Of a stretch of 64,000 bases of DNA, positions 1-13,894 are shown piece by piece. Origin of the DNA: Selaginella moellendorffii (lineage: Eukaryota > Plantae > Lycopodiophyta); assembly GCF_000143415.4 (NCBI RefSeq), contig NW_003314262.1:857878-921877 (forward strand), in the 5' to 3' direction. The stretch's first letter is position 1. Every line of letters starts with the position of its first letter. The notes below the pieces were generated by a model, which saw nothing but the letters and a program-made list of their open reading frames with translations, was not told where the DNA came from and did no database searches. Made by a program: the position numbers and the translations under genes.

Positions 1-1889
1 CAAGACGTCTCTTCTCCTCTGGTATTCCTGTTGAAAAACTAAGCAACAAGTAAGCAATACAAAGCTTACACCATATCACTCACTGTCACTTTTGCAAAGG
101 CTTACTTAAATTCCATGTTTGCACGGACTCAGAATCATGTAAATATGAGCGCACACTCGCAGTTATGCTCACTGTCCCTCAGAATTTTCCTCCTCTTTAG
201 TGCTACTGATATCAGAGCATTTATCAAACAATTGCTCTGCTATCTCCTCTGCGTGTGAGTGAGCAAAAGGAAGGAGTTTCACGAGCAGGGGTCCCAATGG
301 AACCGTACACTCACTAACGAGAATCCATTCATTGCAAAGAGGAAACCACCAAAAAGAATCCCTCACGTGCTGTTTAGAACTCTCATAGCAGGCCGGAAGA
401 TAGGGTTTCATGCATTCTTCCAGGGCTTGAGCATAGAGTTTGGACGGTAGCATTCTCTGTGATAGCACCATTGCTAGGGATCTCAGTATACATGTTTTTG
501 GGGCCTAGATTGAGAAGCTTTATGGAACCGCTCCACTGGAATCATCTCCACATGGTGGGGGTAGCCTGGTGCAGATTGTTATGATGATCGCTATTTGTCT
601 CTGTCTTTCTGCACACGAGGCTTGGCGTAATGAGCCTCCAGGAAAGTCCTACAAACAGTTCATACGGTTTTAAAATATTTGCAGTGTATGGATCACAGAT
701 GTGGTGACCCTTGTACTCAGTGTGCTGCCTAACTGTTCACTTATTTCCTCTGGATGGATGATCAGAAAGTAATAACTTGAAATAAGAAGACAATGTTTTC
801 TCTGCTTCTAGATTTCCAGGCACTTCCACTCTTGTATGATCCTCCTGTGTGGCGTGAGATGATGATATTGAGAATGTGGCTAATGTGGACTTATCGCATG
901 AGCTCTAGACTTTCTCAAGAGAACTAAACTAATACAAGATGCACATAGGTTCATCAAGAGAATGTCATTCACTTCTTTAGTGACTGCTTGGTGCCTGTAA
1001 AGTTCACAAGGACTTGGAGAGATGATCAAAAGGTGGCAATGGATATGCTTAAGTGTGTGAAGTGTGTGAGTTCTGTGCTTTGTAGGAGCTTCATTATTGC
1101 TGATACCAGCTAAACTAAGTTTGAGTTGAATTCAAACTCTCTCTTTATTTTCTATCTAAGTCACGTGTATATGCACTGTTATAGTATAGAAACTGAATAA
1201 GAGTTTTGATGGGTTGATTCAAAAAATACCTCTCCAAGTTTTTGAAGAGATGGAGAATGATAACTCCACAATGGTGAGATGTGATGGTAAATAATGCTTG
1301 ACATAAACATGAAGTTTACCTATGTATGTATTAAGTTTCTAAGCATAAAAAAGTGACAAGAGGAAGATGGATAAAGACAATACATTCTACACAACCATGC
1401 AAACAAACTGTCAAGTAGGCAACAATTAAAAGTAAAAGGAAATGCAATAAGTATAACTATCCTTTCTTTGTGATTACAGAGTGGAACCTCTTATATCTAT
1501 TCTTTTCAGAGAAAGTCAGTGAATATTTTGGGATACATCGTGCTTTGTATGTTTTGCTATGAAGAAAGTTCTACGGTTGGGGTATGTTTTTTGTGTCACA
1601 GCTTTTAACGGTAGTATGGTGACAGAAAGGCTGCCTAGAACCTAATGGTAGAGCCAAATTCATGCTACAGGTAAGTTGGAATCACAGCAGCAGCAGCAGC
1701 AGCATCACCAGCGAGAAGACCTCAAGGTTGCACAAGAATTCTCCACCAGGTTTTTGGGAACGCTTACATGTATGTAGTGGTAAAGCCAGTGTCGGTGAGC
1801 ATGTTGGTGGGAGAGACAGGGACAAAGATCTCACAAGAGACAGGGAGAAAGATCTTGTAGGGTCTGCCATCACCCACAAGCAGCAAAAT

Positions 1890-2532
<643 letters not shown>

Positions 2533-4183
2533 GGTTCATTGCCATCTGGGTAAATTTTTTCTTCTTCTTCTCCATTTTGGGTAAATGAAAATACTTTAAA
2601 TCTCCTTTCACAGAAAAACCAAGCATATAAAGTATCTCTCTTATGAGGGACTCTTTCATTCCATGCCTCCTAGAATTTTTTCCCTGTAATAAATTGGGTG
2701 TAACACAGTTAATACTTTAATGACACAAACACAAACCTTTTGAATTCCATCACACATACGGAAAAAAGCAAACACTGTTACATTTCTAAACTCTTAAAAA
2801 AATGAAAATTACACTCACTCCTTTATACTCCTCTACAGCAATGGCTTTGTTAGGGATATGCTTCCAAACCCCACACTCCATGTAAAAAACGTTGGAAATT
2901 ATCAAAGACCTGTAACACAAAGAATAAATAGTCACAGCTTTTTTCTTGAATAGCCCAAGAAGTAATGGCATTCGCCATACGAAAGGATCCACATGCTTCC
3001 ATAACTTTATTGCCATCAGCACAGAAATCTTTCCTGCAATAGCACCAGGTTTGGAATCCAATTTTGTAATCCTCAGAACAATTCCCTCCTCTAGGTTGTC
3101 TCTGACCTTTTTCAGCCCACCCACTGTGCACTCCATTCTTCAACACAAACTCAGAAACCTAATATGAACAAAACTACTTGTTATAACAAAACCCAAATGT
3201 TCTAGAATAAAAACATGGAGTTATGCATCCAAGTAGACTGTGAGAATTGCTCATCCCTTGCTGAGCATGGCAAAATTTCTTGAGTCAGAGTTCTTGTTCA
3301 ATATCTCCTACCAAACTGAAAGTTCTATGGAATTAAGGCATGCTGGTTGTGTTCTTCGCGCTTGACACACAAACATCGAGAATGTTTTTAAACTCATAGC
3401 ATGGCTAAGAACAAGTGTGTCTCATATTCTATCATGATCTTTATTGTCTCAATGCATGATCATTTTAAGATCTTGGACATAAGCAGGGAGGCAGTAGATA
3501 GCACAACCAATAAGGCTGCTAAAATTACAATTTTTTTAGATTGAAAACATTTTCTACTTTTCCCAGCGGAGCTGGGATCCCTGCTAGTTTACTTTATAAA
3601 TGGTCATTCAGGTATTGTAGACTGAACGTTAAAGGTAAATGGTTGAACAGGTGTTATTTTCATAACTTCAAAAGATTTCAGACTCAATTCTGAAGTTATG
3701 TTGTGTACACCTATATCTGTTCGTGGTGAGATGTCACTCATTTGCTGGCTTGCAAAGCTTTCATCTAATCTGCATACTGGTAAATCTCGTTTAATTCAAA
3801 ACCCAACTTTGACCATAGCACACAATGGAGACTTTGACAGGAAGCCCTAAGGACCTGTAGCACCTAATACCCAAACTGAGGTTGCACACATGGCAGCTGA
3901 GCTTCTACTTTCAATAATGTACACTCAAAACTCAAGCTCTCACAATTCTACTGGCAAGCCAACCCTTGGAACCAACTGGATAAATCTATTGGGAGTTGAA
4001 AGAGCATGACATGTGTAGGAGAGAGATGATCAAAGTGATGATGGCACTTTTGTATTGTTGGTCACAAATCATCATAAAGAGCACAGTACTCTTTCACTTA
4101 CAACAAGTTGAATCTAGCAGCCAGAGTTTATCCTAAAGGGCAGCTGAAAATCGAAGCACAGCTATAACTAATGTGCACTACTA

Positions 4184-4693
4184 NNNNNNNNNNNNNNNNN
4201 NNNNNNNNNNNNNNNNNNNNNNNNNNNNNNNNNNNNNNNNNNNNNNNNNNNNNNNNNNNNNNNNNNNNNNNNNNNNNNNNNNNNNNNNNNNNNNNNNNNN
4301 NNNNNNNNNNNNNNNNNNNNNNNNNNNNNNNNNNNNNNNNNNNNNNNNNNNNNNNNNNNNNNNNNNNNNNNNNNNNNNNNNNNNNNNNNNNNNNNNNNNN
4401 NNNNNNNNNNNNNNNNNNNNNNNNNNNNNNNNNNNNNNNNNNNNNNNNNNNNNNNNNNNNNNNNNNNNNNNNNNNNNNNNNNNNNNNNNNNNNNNNNNNN
4501 NNNNNNNNNNNNNNNNNNNNNNNNNNNNNNNNNNNNNNNNNNNNNNNNNNNNNNNNNNNNNNNNNNNNNNNNNNNNNNNNNNNNNNNNNNNNNNNNNNNN
4601 NNNNNNNNNNNNNNNNNNNNNNNNNNNNNNNNNNNNNNNNNNNNNNNNNNNNNNNNNNNNNNNNNNNNNNNNNNNNNNNNNNNNNNNNNNNNN
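4184..4693. other. Assembly gap (N run)
   Basis: Run of n. Confidence 1.
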
Positions 4694-4724
4694 CAACCAC
4701 TTTAAGCGGTGACTGGCCTAAATT

Positions 4725-5683
4725 ATGACGAATTCGGCCCACGAACAAATGTATAGATTTATCTGTCAATCAAAGGAAACCTGTTTTCAATACGTGCTGC
4801 ATGGCTATCGTTTTTGCGTGAAGCACATTTTGGAGGATCCAAATGCGCCATATAGGCGATGTGAATTCAAGGGAGAAAGCTTTTGTTTTCTGCCTGTTTC
4901 AACCAGTGTTCAAGATCCAAGGTTGTTTGGTCAATCCAGGTTCGTTGCTGACTTTGGCTTTTCAGGTTTTGTAAACTGCACAAGATTGAAAACAGTGTTT
5001 TGCCTCAGGGAGAGTATTCTCTTTCAGTGTTCGCAGCTACCATGGCTCATCACCTGGAATTTGCAGGTGATCGCCAAAATAATCAGATGACATATCCGGA
5101 TAGAGACCATGATTTTTCTACTTTAAAAGATTGTACTCGAAAGGATACTACTATATATGGAGTAGAAAAGACCGGACACTGGGAGAGAAAAACAGTTTCC
5201 TGCCTAGTTGACATAGGCTCGATAAATTTCGAAACAATGAGCCTGAGTTGTGGCTCTCACAAGGCAAAGAGCTGGTCTTTGGATACAAGGCCTCAAAAAT
5301 CAAGATATATTGGAGTTTGTAGAAGGCCCTGGGGAACGTATGGTGCAGAAATCAGGACTCCGGCAGGCAAACGGCTGTGGTTAGGAACATATCTTACAGA
5401 AGACGCAGCAGCACATGCCTACGATGATGCCGCTCGGACATTTCGTGGAAAGAATGCAGCTACAAACTTTACTCACAAGCCATCTGCTAAAATAACAAAG
5501 ACTCACAAACTTGGTAGACGATTAAAGGCCGGGAGCGGGACAGCACAGCACCGGAAGTCTGATGAAGATCGTGGAATTGAAGGACTACTCGCTTTATCTG
5601 GTACTATGGAGGTCAAAACTGGATCTGGCAGGAAGAAACGAAAGTTTAAAAGTATATCGATTGTTACATGCTCTACAATCTGA
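4725..5683 (+). CDS. Fusion protein: N-terminal INO80D/KANSL2-type double C3H zinc finger plus AP2/ERF DNA-binding domain. A small extra exon ending at 5735 is possible, and the 5' end abuts the gap.
   Basis: A 44-nt GT-AG intron at 4922-4965 joins ORF 4725 to ORF 5000 in frame, giving [41 protein letters not shown]...DPRFCKLH. This is followed by the AP2 domain [56 protein letters not shown] and a basic NLS-like RKKRKFK. Confidence 0.8.
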
Positions 5684-5750
5684 GATAACGTTTATCAGTT
5701 GTTTTATTTCAGATCTCAAAGCAGGCGTCTTTTGACGTCGCATGCTGTCT

Positions 5751-7862
5751 TCAGGGACGACATTGCTTAAAATTGCTAGAGTGCTCTTTATGAACAGCTC
5801 GTAGAGCTCATTGTTTTTTATTTCTTACCTTCTGTGTGGAGAGTGTGTGGGGGGAGAATGTGACCCTGGTGAATCAGGCGGTGGAGAGTGTGAACTAGTG
5901 GCTGTCTGCATGGAGGTCCGAACCATCAGTGATTCTGCCTCTGAGATTGAAGTAGGAACTATATGTCTTGGTGTTCGTGGTGACGCTAAGCTGGCTCGCA
6001 ATCTGAAAAGAAATATCAGGTCAAGAGTTCTATCGTCATCGTGACATGTCCTCTTTGTTCTAATGCAGAAAAGACTTACTTATTGTAAAGCTCGCGTTGC
6101 TGGTCGGATTCGTCCCAGATTTCTTCCTGAGAAAGAAAGAAGAAGAAAAAAAAAACCCTTAGAAAGTAGCATGAAGAAAGATGTCATTATTCACCTGCAA
6201 GAGCTCTTCAATAACATCTTCCATCGTGATAATCCCCACAGCTTCGTCATCGTTTACACTTACCAATGGCAATACATCCAGTATGTCCTCAGAGGCATTT
6301 CGTTCTGATTTTGACTTCCGAGGGGTGCTCTCACCATCATGGGCTGGATAAAATTCCTGTTGGATCTCAGTCACTTGCGAGCCTGTTAGTCAGGACGCGA
6401 AGTTGATTTATTCTAATAAACTATACAGAGGTTTATCCTTGCAGTTTGTGCCTGAACAAAATGAGATTTTAGCTTTAATACCTTTCTTACTAAATCTTCT
6501 ACTACTGAGTCTTCTGTCCAGAGAATGTTTCTTTTTTAGGCTTTCAGGCTTTAATCGCGTGTTCCTCACAACGACTGCCATGTGGCTATGTCCTTTTTGA
6601 AACTCGTTTAAAATGTCATACAACGGCATCTTTTCTCCAACCCTGATGAACGTGTACACATACACCGAACAACAAAGAAAAATTCTAGTGCAACTAGCCA
6701 CAATTTTACGCACCTTGGTATCTTTCGGATCGTAAGATTAATAAGTGGAGTTGCAGTTTCGGGACGAACTGTAAGCAAGGTCTTGACCTATAAAAAATGC
6801 TATTTAGCCGGACCTCCTTTCTCTGCCTACCAGTATCAGACCAACTATATTAGTTGGTCTTTCAAAGTACACCGGCACTCGACTATGTCCTCGATCTATA
6901 ATGGCCTTCATCGTCTCTCTGCAAGTGAAAACACCAAATTAAAAGAATTTATATGCATGATTTGCACAAACTTAGTACAAGTCAAGCTTTACGTTGATGT
7001 CGACACAAAAGGCTTTAGAGATGGGAGTCATTGCGTCTTCTGCTGTTTTTTCTGTCAAATCTAATGCTCCCGTTATGATTGTCGCCTCATCGTGAGTTAG
7101 CTCTCCGCCTTTTCCAGCCTACCAATGGTCGATGCTAAAAGATTTATATGATTTGGCAGATCCTACTTCTTTGTCATGAAGCCCGACTAGTGTCTTGAGC
7201 TCTGCTCTACGAAACAATGCAACGTGGTCTTTTCCAAGAACAGAATCCAGTAGCTGAAATTTCCTTGTGATGAGCAAAATCAGGCAAAGTACTTGCTTAC
7301 CTTGCTTATTGGATAGGAGATTGGAAAGCATATCCAGACAAGAATGCGGACGAACGGGGTCATCTTTGCGCCAATTGCCAAGCCATAACGAGAGCAAATG
7401 GCTTGTGGCAGTATCTAAGAGAGGAAAGTCAGTTGTTTATCAATCCTCGTGTTTTGTAGCAACACCTACTTCTCCAAATAGGAGGATAAGAGTGACTGAA
7501 ATCAAGACTGCACTCCAAGCGTTCACGACTGCATCCAAGAAAATCGGAAGTGCCTCCATTGCGAGAGCATTACAGATTAGCAGCGTGCATAGCAAGAGGT
7601 GTTGCTCTTTAACCACAGGGTATATTATCTCTGTCAATCGGACACATTGTTAAGCTCATCAGGAAATACTGGAAACAGTCTTACCGGCGTGCTTGCGATC
7701 TTGCGGGGATCCAGACTTCATCAGAACCTCTAAGTCTACAAGTTCCAGTGACATAAGGCCAAGCGTGAGACCCGACATGATGCCAGCGAATACCACCAAA
7801 CAGATGCTTAAGACTATGTATGCCCAGAACATGCCTCCACAGCAATGTTCGTGGCTCGCCAT
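5751..7862 (-). CDS. DUF21/CNNM-CBS domain membrane protein (CNNM/Mam3-like metal transporter family), multi-exon
   Basis: Exons encode [69 protein letters not shown] and [23 protein letters not shown] at 7862. The terminal exon (stop at 5751-5753) is inferred from a GT-AG intron and is less certain. Confidence 0.92.
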
Positions 7863-8058
7863 CCTCGTGAGAGTGTTTTCTTCCTTCAGCAGAATCCAAA
7901 ACCTAGCAACCGTTTTATATGCAACAATGGAGGAGCAGCGTACGCGCAAAATTTCAAATAAACTTTTTCTCATTAAGTACTGCAAGTCTGGATCGATTGA
8001 CGTGTACCACATGGAACAAAACAAAACGCAATGGCACAGCAATTTATAAATATTATAC

Positions 8059-11000
8059 CTAGTAGTTTAATAGAAGCGGGCCAAAGCACTCACTAAAGAG
8101 ATCGCTCAGTGCAAATTGAACTTCCATGGAGCCATGTTCACAACCCACCAAGCTCGTCAGCACTGGAAAAAAACTACTGAGATACTTCTGAAATGGGGTG
8201 TTGCGAAACCGGCTAAGAGCTCTAAGAGTCATGATGACGAGTGGGGCTCGAGCGGTAAGCTCCCTCCTTCTCGTGTAGCTCACAGGGATCATCCACTGTG
8301 GCTTGAGGCGCTGAGGCTGGTGAGTGAAAGTGGACGTTTTAGCGTAAACTTGCAAGACCTCCTTGCAAAATTCCACAAAACGGGCCTCGACGTCCACGTT
8401 CTTCAGCAGCACCGGGTTGTCCTCGTGAAGTCTCTGGAGTATTTCCATATAGGTCTGCGAAGACTCGCTCTCCAGCCACAGTAAAGGTGGATCGCCCATC
8501 TGGGACGATAACTGAAGCTTGTAGATCTTGTTGCGTAGAAAGAGATCGTTGTTAACTTTGTGAGCGTGCACCACTATCACGTTTAAGATTCCAAGAAGCA
8601 GTGTCACGTGAGGCGATGCCATCTTCGGCCCAAAAGCGTCATAGATCTCCCTTACTGCCTGGAGGTTAGGATACAAATCTGTAGAAGAATAAAAATTGAA
8701 ACTATAACAAACAAGCTTGCCTGTACAAGGAGGAGCTGAACTGTTGAGTGGAACTTCAGCTCGGCCAGAAAACACTGCAACTTGCTATCTTCATCAGATG
8801 TAAACCCTTCTTCAGTTGAAGCACCCTCCATAAAAGTTACTATCTGCATTACGTTTGGAAACGTCTCCTCGGCCACTGATTGTAAGCCTTGTAATATGTC
8901 CACCCAGTCAACTTTGGAGAACTGAGGCCCTCCCTTGACGATGAGCCGGACGAAAGAGGCAATGGTAATTCCAACGATTTTTTCATGGTGTATTTTGAGG
9001 AAGTCCTTCATCAAAGATAGTACCTTACGCATAAATGGACGAACAACTGGGAAAAACTTCACGTAGAGCTCAACCAGTGGCTGCAAGGCCAGACTACACG
9101 TTTCATAAAGCCAGGCGTCCATGTCTTTTTCACTATCCACGTTCTGAAGCTTGATCGATCGCCTTGCTGAATCAAAGAGAGGGAATAAGACAGTGTTGTA
9201 TATCTGTTCCCAAGAACTTGTTGAGAACACATGTCCATGGCACTGTAAGACGTCAAATAAGACGTGCACGGCACTCTTACGAATCGCTGTCCGTGAGTCG
9301 TATGTTAACTCCGCCAATCCTAGGACAAAATTCAATAAAACCACGAAACTCAGATGGATGTTATTACCTGCAAGCAGAGGAAACCAGAAGAAGAGATGAT
9401 CATCTTGCTCAGGGCCACTTTCAGTATTTTGAACTTTTTCAGGGCTGTTGCGACAAGTACTGAGCTCTCCTTCACCAAGCTTTAAGGCGCAAAAACGCAG
9501 AAATGCGAGAGCATTGAGGCTGATATCGTCATTAAACTTGTTGTTTATGAACGCAAGAAGGCAATTCACACAGTCCGTGAATATTGTGTTCTCGGTTTCA
9601 GTAATGTGTTGAAAGTAATCTCTGACAACTTTCTCCACCGTTTCAAATGCAAGATGGACAATGCCGCTATCTCTATCTGTTGCGGCAGTAGTAAAGACCT
9701 GTAATTGATAAAGCATTGATACCTTCCAAAATGACTCTCAAACCTTTGTTACCATAAACGTAATTTTCCAGCCAGATTTCACGTTGCCAACTCGAGTGCA
9801 CACCATTTGAGAGACACAACGGATGATAAATTCTCGTATTTCAACAGAGGCACTTCTCTGCATGATGATGACAAAAGGCCGCATAAACTGATTTTGGAAG
9901 TTGTAATTTGCAAGCTCTTCACGATCCATGAATTTCATTGCCAACTGCCGCAGAGAGTCCATGGCATACATAGCAACTGAGAAATTGCTTGAACACCCAA
10001 CAGTAACAAAATAGTCAGACAACGTATTCCACATCCTGCTCCAAACCAGCCTGATCCGATTCATATTGAAGTGCCTATACAACAAGCAAGAGAATACATC
10101 ACAATCAAATCACTAAGTGACCTGAATACTTACGAGATTTCCACAATTTTGGTGAGACTGAACACTCGTGGATCAGTAGGAGATCGCAGTTCATCCATGG
10201 ACACTTTGCACAATGCTTTTACAAAGTCCACAATTCCTTCACTACTTAAGGCTTGACTTCGAGTAAAAATTTTGTTAGCTTCGTTCGAATCAATTTGACC
10301 AAGCAAACCGAGATTTGAAACGAGATTACTCATTTGCTCTGCTGTGACTGCACCAGGTATTGGGCTCTGCCTGCCACCAGTACTGTCGTATGATCCACGG
10401 CGTGCAGCTAGAGCAGCAAAATGCAATCTTCCTTTTCTTTTTGGAGCAGTTGATAGCTTAGTCTTTTCTGGATCGTTTGAAAAAAAAGTAGCATCGGGAA
10501 GAGCACCTTCGCCGATGAGATAAAGCTGATCAAATCGTGAAACGCATGTAAGTACATGCTCCCATGCGTCCTGCAAATAATTTCCATATTCATCTGCAAT
10601 ATTGAGCAAAACCTAAATATTTGGCCAGGGTAAGCACCATAACGTCATCACACTAAATTTACCTTGATAGCATTCACGTGTTTCTGCTTGATATCCACAG
10701 GAGAATGTAGCGATGTAAACTTTGCAAGAGAAGTCACAAAAGCATCCCGCTGTATTTGCATGCGCATCACTGAAGTGATATGTATTGCATGCCTGAACCC
10801 TTCCAGGCATGGTGAAGTCACAACCTCGTCGTCACTCTTGTCTAGTGGGACACTAAGCCCCGCAAGCATGGGTCCCCATGAAACTTCTACCATTGGCTTT
10901 ACAATCTCCACGTCTATCACAGCATAGTATGCAGATCTAGTAGAAAATGAAGGCAATGCTATCAAAACAATGACAACAGTGCATCTTACTGTGGTTTCTC

Positions 11001-13767
11001 AGCTTTTTCTTTGAGTTGATCTTGCATATAACGAATCGCGTCTTCACTGGACTCAAACAGCTTCTCTTCTTTGGGCTTTCGGATAACTATGTTCAAGATG
11101 TTGTCAATCCCAGCAGGAAATTTATTGTCCTTCCCAGCTGGTTTGGTGACCGGAATAACATTATCCGCTTTCATTTTAATTTCTTTTTTTACTATACGGT
11201 CATACAGTCCTCCCATAAACTCTTCAAGAAGATCCTTTCCATCGTCAATTCCTCTGTTATTTTTTATAAATGCAGCTTTAGACATCTGTAATAGCCCATG
11301 AGTGAGATCTTGGAAGGAAGTGGAGGCATTTGTTCACCTTATCTTTCACCATCACGTTGTGCGCATCAGTGTTAAGCATAATTACAGAATATGCGAGGAC
11401 ATAAGCAGTGTCGGCACTCGTGAAAGCTTTGGGATTACAGATGCAATATCGCTCCGCAAATTTTTCCATTATCCTGTCAATCTTCTGAGCCTCTCCAGGG
11501 AGTCTGAATCCCATCAAGAATGTTCGTATCGACTCGTCAAACTCCATATTATGAAAGTTGAAGGAGTCAACATACGCATGCATGACTTTTAACGAAAACT
11601 CCTCTTTTTCACCCAGGTAATCCCCGATCATGCCCTTGTTGAGACCTGTGGTACTCAGGAGGAACTTGGCAACCTCTTCAGGAATTTTCTCCACTTTCTT
11701 GGCTTTTACAAGGAAATCAATACCCTTGTGAGGCTTCTGGTTGAATACTTTGATTCCTTCCTGCATAGTGTAAGGAGCTTGTAATTGAATGCCCAGTCCT
11801 TCATGCATCCCTGGTGTATAAGGTGGAAAGTTACAGAAGAAATTCACAGCGCTGGCGCTTATTTACAATGAAGCGGGGATAGAGATTACCTGAAGCTCAA
11901 GCTTGTGAACACGTCTTTGCTCAAAAGTAACTGCACTTTCAGTTGATGCTTGATCTGTTTCTAATGGTTCAGCGATCTCATCCCCGACTTCTGTAGCACT
12001 AGCTCCTGCTGTGGACACGCTTGCAGCGTCCAGTTTGCCGGTTTCCACATCTGAGCTGTTGAAGTACGGAGAGTTCGAGGCACCAAGTTGCTTCTCCATC
12101 CAATCTCCCATCGCCTTTAATATTCCTGTCAAACACTTCATGGCAGTAAGCTTCAATGTTGCATCTTGAGCAGCTGTTAATCCTGTATCTGCACTGGCTG
12201 GTGCTCCTTGAGCACTTTTGAGTAAGCCATTCACAACCCTATAGAAAAAATTACTTTAACAAACTGCACTAAGTGGAACATAAAGCTTGCCTTTCAAAGA
12301 GATTCGTGGACTCCACATCACAGTCGTAGTTCACGAACATATCAGGAAGTACCTGTGGATCTGCTGATAGTTTTTCAATGAAACATAAGACAGTCATCTT
12401 CTGTTGGTAATTTGGCTGAATAACATTTTCAATGACTCTCAAAACGATCATTGGAAAAAACACACCGATTTCCGTTTTCAAAGAGGCCCTGAACTTTGCT
12501 ATAAGGCTCAAGAAAATAGAGCAAGACATCTGAAAAACAGATAATATGTCAGATACGGCACAGTTTTGCATGAGCGACAAGCACAGGTACTGCTTGATTG
12601 CATCTAAAAACCTGCAGAACTCAATTTGGTAAGAGTAAAACAATAAAAAAAATAGATGAGAGCGTACTTCGGATTGAAACAAAAAGATGTGCCAGCATTT
12701 TCAAGGACAAGTTTCAAGAGCTCCAAAGCCAGCACTTTTGAGCGTATAGCTAAGGGGTCTGGTGTCCCTTCTTGTTGAGGCTTTTTCATCGACAGGCGGC
12801 AAAGAGCTCTGAAGACCAAGAAGGCGTCCCTCTTAAACTTGTTGCCAATCTCCACGTCCAGTTCCATGTCCTTCATATCTTTGTCGACTTGCTCCCATGG
12901 TTTGGCATCTACGGCGTCCTTGTCACTTGACTCAAGCATGTCCATGGTGTTACTGCTTTCAGCTCCTGTGGCAGCAGAGAAAGCATCGTCGTGCTGAACA
13001 AGCTTGGGACCAACGTGAAGGACCACGTCAAAATCCAAGGCCACCTTTGTAAGGAAATTTTGGACGAAGGTGTCGGAAGTGGTCCTCTCGGCTTCGAGCA
13101 AATCAGTCAATATGACAGGTTGCAAGGGAACCGAAGCTGAGTCGGCCTCCATTCTTCTAAAAATGACCATGAGGATTTGGGTGAGAGTCGCCTTTGCGGA
13201 CGTCTGGTTAGCCACCACCTTGCTCCCCAGGAAGATGTTGTAGCAAGTGCTGATAGCCCGCAGCAAGTGATCCCCGTGGATGCTAAGTGAGGTGGACACG
13301 ACCGCTGTGAGCAGCGTCTTTAGAATGGCCAATTCAATTATTTCTTCCCCTAGATCATGACACTTGCAAACCGCGTCGAGGATCCTAAGAATGAGGCTGG
13401 ATTCCGACTGTGAATCGTTGCCTGTACCGATCTCCCCAACCAGATGACCGTGCACAATGAGCTTTTGAAAACAATCCAATGCGGGCTCAATAACCTTGGC
13501 CGACTGGAGATCGCAGGCCGCGAGGAGTGGTTGCACTAGCAGCTCAGCATCCGTAGCGCTGATTCGCACGGCACCATCAAAAAGAGGGCTCTCGGCACCG
13601 GCACTGGGGATAAACGCCACGAGATTGTCGAGGACGGCCTTACAATCCTGGACGAGCTTACCATGCTTGCGCCATGATGCGTTCTTGACTATTCTATCAA
13701 GGGCAGCGGTCAGCACCAGGACGAGCGACGACGCTCTGGGTGATCGAGGGGACTCCGGCGCGGACAT
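8059..13767 (-). CDS. BIG-family (brefeldin A-inhibited) Sec7 ARF guanine-nucleotide exchange factor, multi-exon
   Basis: N-terminal DCB region ([13 protein letters not shown]), HUS box (FVNYDCD), Sec7 catalytic motif [21 protein letters not shown] and HDS motifs ([46 protein letters not shown]). Confidence 0.96.
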
Positions 13768-13894
13768 TGGCAGGAACCCTAGAGACTTGGTGCGGTGGGT
13801 GTCTAAAATTCAAATATTTTAGTATGACACCTCATCAACTTGATATATTGGTAATTTGTCATTAGTTTGTTTTGCGCCTCCTCAGACAGACCGC

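Noticed and set aside
169-471. Short coding-like ORFs here and at 2786-3136, 47033-50600, 50903-51238 and 57047-57271
   Set aside because: No family recognised with confidence; possibly gene fragments, needs BLASTX
4128-4769. ORFs of X residues
   Set aside because: They span an N gap
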